From the IMG/VR virus record IMGVR_UViG_3300012942_000032, positions 1 through 58,281 of that record: 58,281 nucleotides of DNA; one strand, 5' to 3'. The first letter of the stretch is position 1, and each line of letters begins with the position of its first letter. This stretch comes from a virus. Taxonomy: Duplodnaviria > Heunggongvirae > Uroviricota > Caudoviricetes. The notes beneath the pieces are model-generated. The model was not told the origin of the DNA. It worked only from the letters and a program-made list of their open reading frames with translations, and did no database searches. The translations under genes and the position numbers were made by a program. Positions 35,104-41,739 of the stretch are shown here, piece after piece.

Positions 35104-35162
35104 CTTGTTCAACTATTGTAACATCAAATCTGCATACTACAAGTCAAATAATGATTCAGTAT

Positions 35163-35243
35163 TGGTACGCCGGACAGGATTCGAACCTGCATCTGCCTCC
35201 AGTTACCTTAGTCTTCGTTCGTAGCGAAGCTGGTTACCGACGT
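35163..35243 (-). ncRNA. D-armless tRNA-like RNA with an ACG anticodon arm
   Basis: acceptor ACGTCGG/CCGGCGT, A73, CCA; T-arm GCAGG-TTCGAAT-CCTGT; CTTCG-CTACGAA-CGAAG; no D-stem. Confidence 0.8.
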
Positions 35244-35250
35244 ATGAATT

Positions 35251-35326
35251 TGGAGTGCAGAGTCGGATTTGAACCGACGAGAACAAGGATTTGCAGTCCT
35301 GTGCATTACCACTCTGCCATCTGCAC
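35251..35326 (-). tRNA. trnC: tRNA-Cys(GCA)
   Basis: loop CT-GCA-AA; U73; CCA. Confidence 0.95.
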
Positions 35327-35327
35327 A

Positions 35328-35966
35328 TTAGTTTACTACTCTACCTTTTCTAAAACCTTCTGGTAGATCATTAGTTTTAGATATCTTCTTTGAAATTGTA
35401 CCGTCAGTAATCCAAATTGTGCCGAATTGGGAATTTCCTACACCTTTTTGACTAGTAGCACTAATCTTGCCAATTTTAGATTTGAATTCCTCTGTATGGT
35501 GCTTTCCTAGAAAGCCATAAGAAGCTTTATGTACGAATTCACCTGATTCTATTTGACGATTCCTACTTTCGGAAATCTTCTTCATTGCTTTCTGTTTTAG
35601 ATCTGGATTTTCTAGATATTTCTTTTCTCTAGCATTAACCATACTCTTTGCATGAGAAGATGAATGAGTTAAATTGTCATCCATCGCATTCACAAAATCA
35701 AATCCACCCATGCCACCTGGCTTTAGATTATATGACATAGGATCTTTATGATCTACGAGATCTTTTTCCGTTTCGTACATCTCTTTTGATGATGCACATT
35801 CAACTAAAATTTCTCGATAAAATGAATCTTTGCCATATTTGGCGATTGCTCTTCTTAAGAGTTTTCCTGAACCTAAATAATCATCTTCGATATTTCGAGT
35901 CTTATGAGCGCCGATATAATAACGTCCATTTATCTTATTGATAGTTTTGTAGACCAAATAATACAT
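35328..35966 (-). mobile_element. free-standing GIY-YIG homing endonuclease (Seg-like)
   Basis: YYLVYKTINKINGRYYIGAH, YLGSG, NUMOD3 FLGKHHTEE, GTIWITDG. Confidence 0.9.
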
Positions 35967-35997
35967 GCAAGATCCTATATTCTTGCATGTATTTATA
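35961..35997 (-). promoter_or_regulatory. late promoter TATAAATA plus an RBS-sequestering hairpin
   Basis: ATACATGCAAGA/TCTTGCATGTAT 12-bp inverted repeat covering the ATG. Confidence 0.85.
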
Positions 35998-36002
35998 ATC
36001 TT

Positions 36003-36089
36003 CGGATAGCGTAGGATTCGAACCTACGGAGCCCTTTCGGGCTCGCCGAGTTAGCAACCCGGTGCCATAAACCACTCGACCAGCTATCC
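36003..36089 (-). tRNA. trnS: tRNA-Ser(GCT), CCA not encoded
   Basis: loop TT-GCT-AA; long variable arm; G73 followed by AAG. Confidence 0.9.
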
Positions 36090-36236
36090 TTTGTTTTCTT
36101 CGATTATCTTAGTCAGCTCTTTAAACAGATCGTCTAATAAATCCTTTCGATAATTCTTAGGAGCATTACCGAAAACTTCTTGAGCTAACTTTCTTAGGTG
36201 ATAGTGACGTTCAGGTGGTTTTTCTTCAATTTTCAC
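36084..36236 (-). CDS. 50-aa hypothetical protein
   Basis: GTG start; MKIEEKPPERHYHLRKLAQE...; stop overlaps the tRNA-Ser 5' end. Confidence 0.5.
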   Translation of the reverse strand: MKIEEKPPERHYHLRKLAQEVFGNAPKNYRKDLLDDLFKELTKIIEENKG

Positions 36237-36554
36237 TTAATCTAAACCAATTGAGCAATCACTATCGATCCATTCGAACATGCCCGCTTCTTCATCTAGA
36301 TTTTGAAGAAAATCCCAAATACGCTCGATGATCTTCATCGAGATTGCATCAGGATGGTCTTCTGCATAATCAACACCATCTTTGATTACGGGAGTCCATT
36401 CATTCTCCCAAAGATGGTATGTATTACGAATCCATGTTCCCAAACCATGATGAAACAGAGCAAGGGAATCACGTTTGTGATTCCTAATGTACTCTAGATC
36501 TTCATGATCCAAGCGAGAAATCACATCTACAGCAATGTCGTCAATGTTGATCAT
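36237..36554 (-). CDS. DUF6794-like protein
   Basis: FHHGLGTWIRNTYHLW...HPDAISMKII. Confidence 0.7.
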   Translation of the reverse strand: MINIDDIAVDVISRLDHEDLEYIRNHKRDSLALFHHGLGTWIRNTYHLWENEWTPVIKDGVDYAEDHPDAISMKIIERIWDFLQNLDEEAGMFEWIDSDCSIGLD

Positions 36555-36566
36555 AATATACCTGTT

Positions 36567-36641
36567 TGGCGGGCTACCAAGGACTCGAACCCTGATTCAT
36601 GGATTTGGAATCCACTGTCTTGCCAATTAGACGAATAACCC
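36567..36641 (-). tRNA. trnW: tRNA-Trp(CCA)
   Basis: loop TT-CCA-AA; CCA end. Confidence 0.95.
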
Positions 36642-36647
36642 TGAATT

Positions 36648-36736
36648 TGGCGTACAGGACAGGATTCGAACCTGTGGTGTGTATTTCTACAAACGGGTTA
36701 ACAGCCCGTTGCCATCGTCCTCTCGGCCACCTGTAC
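36648..36736 (-). tRNA. trnN: tRNA-Asn(GTT) with a class II long variable arm
   Basis: ACGGG-CTGTTAA-CCCGT; variable hairpin TGTA-GAAA-TACA; G73. Confidence 0.85.
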
Positions 36737-36759
36737 TAATTTGAATACTTATCTCTTCA

Positions 36760-36835
36760 TGGTGGGCGCACTTGGAATCGAACCAAGGACCAAGCGATTA
36801 TGAGTCACCCGCTCTAACCACTGAGCTATACGCCC
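36760..36835 (-). tRNA. trnI: tRNA-Ile2(CAT), lysidine type
   Basis: GACTCATAATCGCTTGGTC context typical of bacterial Ile2. Confidence 0.85.
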
Positions 36836-36841
36836 TGAATT

Positions 36842-36915
36842 TGGTGGGACTCCAGGGTATCGAACCCTATTCTACGGGTTAAAGGCCCGTTGCATCACCT
36901 TAATGCTTGAATCCC
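36842..36915 (-). tRNA. trnK: tRNA-Lys(TTT) with C33
   Basis: ACGGG-CCTTTAA-CCCGT; CCA. Confidence 0.88.
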
Positions 36916-37467
36916 GTTTTCATTTATTAGTTTGTAACATTTCGCATAATTAGCACCTTTGCCTGCTAATCCGCAACTTATTAGAGCTTTTCTTATTGAA
37001 GGTTCGCGCCTAAGGGCGGCAATTAATTCTTCATCAGATACAAAGGTTTTCTTTGCTTTATTTTTCAAATTTCTACCACGCCAAGTAGGAGTTTGTGCAT
37101 GGCAGTTAGGACAAAGAAGCTCTACATTATTTCTAGAATTATCATGATGATTTCCATCGATATGATCTAATTCTAATGGTATTTCTTTCTCATTCCATTC
37201 ATAAAGATTACAAACAGAACATCGCCCTTCTTGTTCTAAAAACAACCGTTTCTTAGTTAAGATGTCCTCAGCATGTCCTACTTTGAGTATAAAATACTCC
37301 CAAGGTAATTCTAATAATTCTGAAAAGTGTTCTTGTGTTTTTATCTTAGATCCCCGTGTTCTAGGAGATTCTAACAAATTCTGATTATCTTTACAATAAT
37401 ACTTCTCATGAGCAATTAAACCTGATCTAGTTTTGAACTCTCGTCTACAAAACTGACAAATTTCCAT
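36895..37467 (-). mobile_element. free-standing HNH homing endonuclease with an N-terminal zinc finger
   Basis: CQFC..F...GLIAHEKYYC; CSVC...LELDHIDGN..DN...N..LLCPNCH; 3' end overlaps tRNA-Lys. Confidence 0.9.
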
Positions 37468-37499
37468 ACAGATATCCAAGAATAATATCTGTATTTATG
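37466..37499 (-). promoter_or_regulatory. late promoter CATAAATA plus a start-sequestering hairpin
   Basis: ATACAGATAT/ATATCTGTAT 10-bp inverted repeat reaching the ATG. Confidence 0.75.
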
Positions 37500-37526
37500 G
37501 TTTAATTAAACCTGATACTCCTAATT

Positions 37527-37675
37527 CGGCGGCACATGCGGGACTTGAACCTTAGCTTCTGATGGCCATCATAGGCTATTTTACGCGACCTGCATCACAG
37601 TACATCATATTTGAATTTTGGTCGACCTTCCAAATACTTCACTCAATGCTACTCTACCAATTGAGCTAAAGTGCC
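37527..37675 (-). ncRNA. 149-nt tRNA-derived RNA with two hairpin insertions
   Basis: acceptor GGCACTT/ATGTGCC; D-arm GCTC-AATTGGTA-GAGT; anticodon stem GCATT/GATGC with a 48-nt loop; variable AGGTC; T-stem GCG[32nt]GG-TTCAAGT-CCCGC; ends GCCG. Confidence 0.8.
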
Positions 37676-37681
37676 ATTGTT

Positions 37682-37773
37682 TGGCGGAGACGGTGAGATT
37701 CGAACTCACGAGACCCTTTCGGGTCTGCCGGTTTTCAAGACCGGTGCAATAAACCAGGCTCTGCCACATCTCC
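37682..37773 (-). tRNA. trnS: tRNA-Ser(TGA)
   Basis: loop CT-TGA-AA; long variable arm; G73-CCA. Confidence 0.95.
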
Positions 37774-37780
37774 AAACTTT

Positions 37781-37895
37781 TCATGTCGCGCAAGCGCGGT
37801 CATGTTGTATAGCGCCGCCGAGGCCTAGATCTCCGGAAATCATCTTACCTTCATCCCCTAGGATACCTCAGTAAGTTTGTCACCTCGACTTCAGT
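37781..37895 (-). ncRNA. candidate structured RNA
   Basis: CTGAGG/CCTCGG, CCTAG/CTAGG, CGCG-CUUG-CGCG hairpin; GC-rich with no convincing ORF. Confidence 0.45.
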
Positions 37896-37905
37896 ATTTC
37901 AAAAT

Positions 37906-38099
37906 TGGACAAGAAAGGATTCGAACCTTTGCTGCGACAGCCTACCAGTGCTTGCCTTAATTTCAAATACTGCAAAACTCGCCCTTAGCTTTTCTCGAAA
38001 CACATCAACCCTAAGGGTAGCTGTCTCTAGCGCATTACCGGTCTTCAGCCCATGCTCGCTCAAACAATGCCGGCATTCTCTAGATTAGATGTATCGTTC
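37906..38099 (-). ncRNA. about 160-195-nt RNA ending in a T-arm and CCA
   Basis: AAAGG-TTCGAAT-CCTTT-CTTGT-CCA; GACAGCTAC/GTAGGCTGTC, CCCTTAG/CTAAGGG, GCAT/ATGC; 5' end uncertain. Confidence 0.65.
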
Positions 38100-38104
38100 T
38101 CATT

Positions 38105-38192
38105 TGGTGGGCAGTGATGGATTCGAACCACCGAGCCTTAATAAAGGAGCGCGTTTACAGCGCGCCGCAATCGACCTCTCTGCCAACTGCCC
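38105..38192 (-). tRNA. trnY: tRNA-Tyr(GTA)
   Basis: GCGCG-CTGTAAA-CGCGC; long variable arm; CCA. Confidence 0.95.
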
Positions 38193-38201
38193 ATGTTTCT
38201 A

Positions 38202-38230
38202 ATTATACATTCAGAAAACGCATTGTCTAC
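38202..38230 (-). promoter_or_regulatory. sigma70 promoter heading the tRNA array
   Basis: TAGACA-16nt-TATAAT with extended TG. Confidence 0.7.
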
Positions 38231-38526
38231 TGACTTCTTAATAGCGTTTCAAAAGCATCTAATTCAGCGGTGCTTTCAATGATAATCTTCTGAATATCGT
38301 CTCTATCTATCCACCTACCAGGTAAACTGATATACATCCAATCACGATCTGGTTTAACGGTGAAATTGATGTCTACACTTTTAGGATAGGACTGATAATG
38401 ACTATATTCTTCAATAACTTCTAGTTCTGATACACGATACTTATCAAACAAATCTAAAAGATCTTGAAGAAAGCTTACCTTATCCTGATAAGCTTTCAGC
38501 CTTTTTAAATCATATTCATCTAGCAT
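38227..38526 (-). CDS. acidic hypothetical protein
   Basis: ORF. Confidence 0.65.
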   Translation of the reverse strand: MLDEYDLKRLKAYQDKVSFLQDLLDLFDKYRVSELEVIEEYSHYQSYPKSVDINFTVKPDRDWMYISLPGRWIDRDDIQKIIIESTAELDAFETLLRSQ

Positions 38527-38813
38527 AGATCACTCGATGAAATCCAATCGCCGATCTTGCGTTCCAGACCAGTCTCAGAATAGAAAGCATCTTCCAGATC
38601 TTCGTCTGTGTACGATTCCTTTGACTCTTCCCATCCATAACTGGTCATGATGTCGATTGCCCGCGCACGAGTCAGAACTTCATCAGTTCGCCAGCCGTTA
38701 GGGCCATTGAATGTGACATATTCCAAATCATTCTCAACAGCAATCCTGCTCATCTCTGCAAGAGAGTCTTTGATGTTCTTTCTGATTTGATCAATCTTTT
38801 CTTGAGGATTCAT
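38520..38813 (-). CDS. W-x-x-S..C family protein
   Basis: ends DWISSSDLC; YGWEES shared with the neighbour. Confidence 0.7.
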   Translation of the reverse strand: MNPQEKIDQIRKNIKDSLAEMSRIAVENDLEYVTFNGPNGWRTDEVLTRARAIDIMTSYGWEESKESYTDEDLEDAFYSETGLERKIGDWISSSDLC

Positions 38814-38815
38814 TT

Positions 38816-39070
38816 TTACCACTCCATATCAGAAGACGAAATCCAATCGTTCTTAGTGATACGACGGTTTGTCAGGTCGGATTCTTCCCATCCCCATTCT
38901 CCAAGGAATGCATCGTTGGCCAGATACACAGTTTCATACGTAGGGCCAAAATCTGAGATGGAAACATAGAGATCATGCTCTCGTGCATAACGAGCAATTT
39001 CATTAAGCTTGTTGTCGATCTCATCACGGAGATCAGAAATCATGTTGTTCAGTTTATTATCGTGATTCAT
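38816..39070 (-). CDS. W-x-x-S family protein (no terminal Cys)
   Basis: WGWEES...DWISSSDMEW. Confidence 0.7.
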   Translation of the reverse strand: MNHDNKLNNMISDLRDEIDNKLNEIARYAREHDLYVSISDFGPTYETVYLANDAFLGEWGWEESDLTNRRITKNDWISSSDMEW

Positions 39071-39124
39071 CGTAATATACCTAAAGATAGAGTAGGGCGT
39101 CCTTGCCCAATCGCGTTCGCAATC

Positions 39125-40102
39125 TTATGCCAGCACCAAGTCCCTGTAAACTTCCAGCTTCTTGGCTTCGAGCGTGCCGTTGTAACTGTCCCAGAACTGA
39201 TGCGACTTGTTGCGGTTGCCAGTACCATGGGTGTAAACCTCGGTCGCACCACAGAGCGCGCCCCACTTGGTTCCCACCGACATTTCAGCACCAGAACCGC
39301 GCATCGCTGCCTGCATCAGCTTGTTGACTTCACGCACGACGCCCCAAGACTGCTCATCAGCCATCTTCGACTCGTCGTAGAGCATCTTCTGGTAGAAGCG
39401 ACGCGTATCAGCTTCAGCCATCGGAGTCTCTGCGAGCTTCTTGATGTTCTTCATGAAGCGATCCCATGCCTTGTCGATGATACCAAGATCAATCTTTACA
39501 GCACTCGGATCAAACTTCTTCTTGTGAGTAACCTTCACAACAGGCTTGCTCGAGATTCCGCTCAGAGCAATCGTCAAGGTGTTGTTGCAGACCACCCGCG
39601 TACTCACGAACTTCGCAGTGGTAGCCATCGAACCATCGACAGCAGTGACCAAGAGCAAGTGGCCCTTGATATGATCGCCATCGACAACATCATCTTCTCG
39701 TCCAGTTTCCGCCAGCGCCCAAAAACGCTTACCATCGTAAAGCGTACCTGCGGTGCTCAGCTTCATTCCATGGATCTGTACCAGGTCACGGAAAAACTCG
39801 ATAACTTCACGCGGCTGGACGATCTCGAAATTGCTACCGACGATGCTCAGAGCCTGTTCGTTATCAGAACGATACAAGATCTTGCGATCGGGGAAGGTAT
39901 GGAAAATGCTGTCATCCTTCTTGGATTCGAAGATAACATCGCCTTCCTGAACATTCCAGTCCATGCCTGCTGCAACAATCCAATCCTCGATTGAGGCGCC
40001 GTCTTGCAGATTGTTACCGAGACCATGCCAGATTGCGCTCCTCGGACCTGTGAAAGCCATCTCCACAAATCCATCTTCGCGCTGGGTCAACTCATGTGCC
40101 AT
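39125..40102 (-). CDS. DUF932 (phage/plasmid TIGR03299-type) protein
   Basis: MAHEL...WHGLG...AGMDWNV...YRSDN...FE.VQPRE...TAGTL..GKRFW.LA...TSVRVVCNNTL-like. Confidence 0.9.
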   Translation of the reverse strand: MAHELTQREDGFVEMAFTGPRSAIWHGLGNNLQDGASIEDWIVAAGMDWNVQEGDVIFESKKDDSIFHTFPDRKILYRSDNEQALSIVGSNFEIVQPREVIEFFRDLVQIHGMKLSTAGTLYDGKRFWALAETGREDDVVDGDHIKGHLLLVTAVDGSMATTAKFVSTRVVCNNTLTIALSGISSKPVVKVTHKKKFDPSAVKIDLGIIDKAWDRFMKNIKKLAETPMAEADTRRFYQKMLYDESKMADEQSWGVVREVNKLMQAAMRGSGAEMSVGTKWGALCGATEVYTHGTGNRNKSHQFWDSYNGTLEAKKLEVYRDLVLA

Positions 40103-40112
40103 GTGCTTCTCC

Positions 40113-40349
40113 TTAGTCGAGCAAAGACTGGAACTTGCCGGCAACACGTTCTGCGTGATCAGCTTCGATATGGTGAGCATCATGCTCCGCCATCAGCTGA
40201 GCTGCCTTGTCCTTCTTTTGCTGCGCATCACCCCGAAGGACCTGAGACAGATCGATCAGTTGCTTGCACTTCAATTCGATGTCACCAACGATCTGACTAA
40301 CGGTAGCGCGAACAGGAGCCAGCGTCGGTTCTTTCCTTCCAAAAAGCAT
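40113..40349 (-). CDS. coiled-coil hypothetical protein
   Basis: GAGG RBS; first gene after the promoter. Confidence 0.7.
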   Translation of the reverse strand: MLFGRKEPTLAPVRATVSQIVGDIELKCKQLIDLSQVLRGDAQQKKDKAAQLMAEHDAHHIEADHAERVAGKFQSLLD

Positions 40350-40389
40350 GATCTATTCCTCACATTGGGTTGTTAAACTGACTTGAGAA

Positions 40390-40418
40390 AGTGTATTAGA
40401 AATCTAACGCTTTGTCAA
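40390..40418 (-). promoter_or_regulatory. sigma70 early promoter
   Basis: TTGACA-17nt-TACACT. Confidence 0.8.
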
Positions 40419-40421
40419 GAA

Positions 40422-40595
40422 TTACTTCTGATCAGCGCCGTGACCTTCCCAGACCTGATGGATCGCTCCTTTCAGACCATGAGACCAGTCAAGCTGATAG
40501 ATCTTGTAACCCAGGTAGCCGAGACCTGCAACAATCGACAACTGGAACAAGAGAACGAAAAGAGCAAAGATCTTGAATTGACGAAGGGAAAACAT
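40422..40595 (-). CDS. small membrane protein
   Basis: GAGGAG RBS; MFSLRQFKIFALFVLLFQLSIVAGLGYLG. Confidence 0.65.
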   Translation of the reverse strand: MFSLRQFKIFALFVLLFQLSIVAGLGYLGYKIYQLDWSHGLKGAIHQVWEGHGADQK

Positions 40596-40616
40596 CACAG
40601 GCTCCTCATAATGAAT

Positions 40617-40693
40617 TGGTCCGCCCAGAGGGACTCGAACCCCCAACCCCAAGCTTAGAAGGCTTGTGCTCTGTCCAGTTGAGCTATAGGCGG
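40617..40693 (-). tRNA. trnR: tRNA-Arg(TCT)
   Basis: CAAGC-CTTCTAA-GCTTG; CCA. Confidence 0.95.
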
Positions 40694-40700
40694 AAAACTT

Positions 40701-40895
40701 TTAGAGCGGTATCTTGCAACCAGACTCTTTCAAATACTTCAGAACTTCCCTTAACTGTTCTGCATCTTCTATGTGCATGATAAACTTACCAGCTAAAGGA
40801 CTCTTTGCACCATTTGAAATTCTGACTCCAATGTATTGACCGTAGTCGTAGCTCATCACGTCGCACTGGTCAGAAAAATCAAGGTGTTTTCTCAT
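40701..40895 (-). CDS. hypothetical protein
   Basis: ORF. Confidence 0.6.
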   Translation of the reverse strand: MRKHLDFSDQCDVMSYDYGQYIGVRISNGAKSPLAGKFIMHIEDAEQLREVLKYLKESGCKIPL

Positions 40896-41176
40896 TAAGC
40901 GGCTTTCTTCTTTTTATGCTGGTAGGCTCCGCAGAGAGACTTGATGGCGCGCACTTGACCAGTACCAGGCTGCGCATAGGTTAGATAAAGCTTCATCTGC
41001 TTCATACTTACCCTACCGCCAACATAACCGATTTCATCTTCCTTTCGGGAAGCCTTCTTCTCGTGCTGACCCTTCAGATGATCCAAAACCTTAGCATCTT
41101 CGGTCTTGGTAGTGGGATTGTTGTTATTGTAACCACCGGCATTTGCCGTCTTGTTCTTAGACTTCTGGGAGGTCAT
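40895..41176 (-). CDS. basic hypothetical protein
   Basis: ORF. Confidence 0.65.
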   Translation of the reverse strand: MTSQKSKNKTANAGGYNNNNPTTKTEDAKVLDHLKGQHEKKASRKEDEIGYVGGRVSMKQMKLYLTYAQPGTGQVRAIKSLCGAYQHKKKKAA

Positions 41177-41439
41177 GCAAAACTTCCTTCATGGTGAAAA
41201 CATTGAGTGCGGGAATCGTTAAACAAACTGATCCCCAATTGAACTTTGTTGGTACTTCCGCGGAGGGTAACAATCGTATCAGCGTGCTTCCTGGCAACAT
41301 CGATCAGGTATTGAATTACCTTGTTTCGTTGTTCTTCTTGTGTACCTTTAGCAACCTTTATTGTAACACCATCCTTACGAACTGTCAACCGATGTTGATG
41401 ATTACCGCCCTCTGTAATAACCTCAACAGGTTTTGTCAT
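41173..41439 (-). CDS. hypothetical protein
   Basis: ORF with overlapping start/stop. Confidence 0.6.
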   Translation of the reverse strand: MTKPVEVITEGGNHQHRLTVRKDGVTIKVAKGTQEEQRNKVIQYLIDVARKHADTIVTLRGSTNKVQLGISLFNDSRTQCFHHEGSFA

Positions 41440-41669
41440 GCGCTTACCTTTTGCAGAACAGGAGTTTCACAAACCTCAATCTTGAAGATATCATCGACGA
41501 TCATATATCTCTTGCCGTCGTCAGCATCCCAAGCGACCAAATCCAGATTGACATTCTGTCCAATCTTACTCACAACATTCCTCGGAAGTCGAGCTTTATC
41601 ATTCCACAAACTCAGATGCGCAAACGCGGCGCTAATCTGACTGATTTGTTCTGCGCTGTAGGTCTTCAT
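41436..41669 (-). CDS. hypothetical protein
   Basis: ORF after the promoter. Confidence 0.65.
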   Translation of the reverse strand: MKTYSAEQISQISAAFAHLSLWNDKARLPRNVVSKIGQNVNLDLVAWDADDGKRYMIVDDIFKIEVCETPVLQKVSA

Positions 41670-41696
41670 TAGCCCTGTTCCTTAGCTCATACACAT

Positions 41697-41725
41697 ATTT
41701 TACACAAAACTAAACAAAAAGTAAA
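41697..41725 (-). promoter_or_regulatory. early promoter with a T4-like -35
   Basis: TTTACT-17nt-TAAAAT. Confidence 0.75.
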
Positions 41726-41739
41726 TTGTTTTCAATGAC

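Noticed and set aside
37414-37516. 13-bp direct repeat AATTAAACCTGAT inside and upstream of the HNH gene
   Set aside because: Only two AT-rich copies; could be an insertion scar or operator but unsupported without comparison.
32267-37874. ORFs running through tRNA genes (32267-32530, 35151-35366, 37605-37793, 37671-37874 and the N-terminal extensions at 31870, 40422 and 56519)
   Set aside because: Chance frames across tRNA sequence; real starts with RBS lie downstream.
37781-38099. tmRNA (standard or permuted)
   Set aside because: GGGCTGA and a T-arm are suggestive, but there is no G3:U70 Ala acceptor, no matching 7-bp stem and no tag reading frame.
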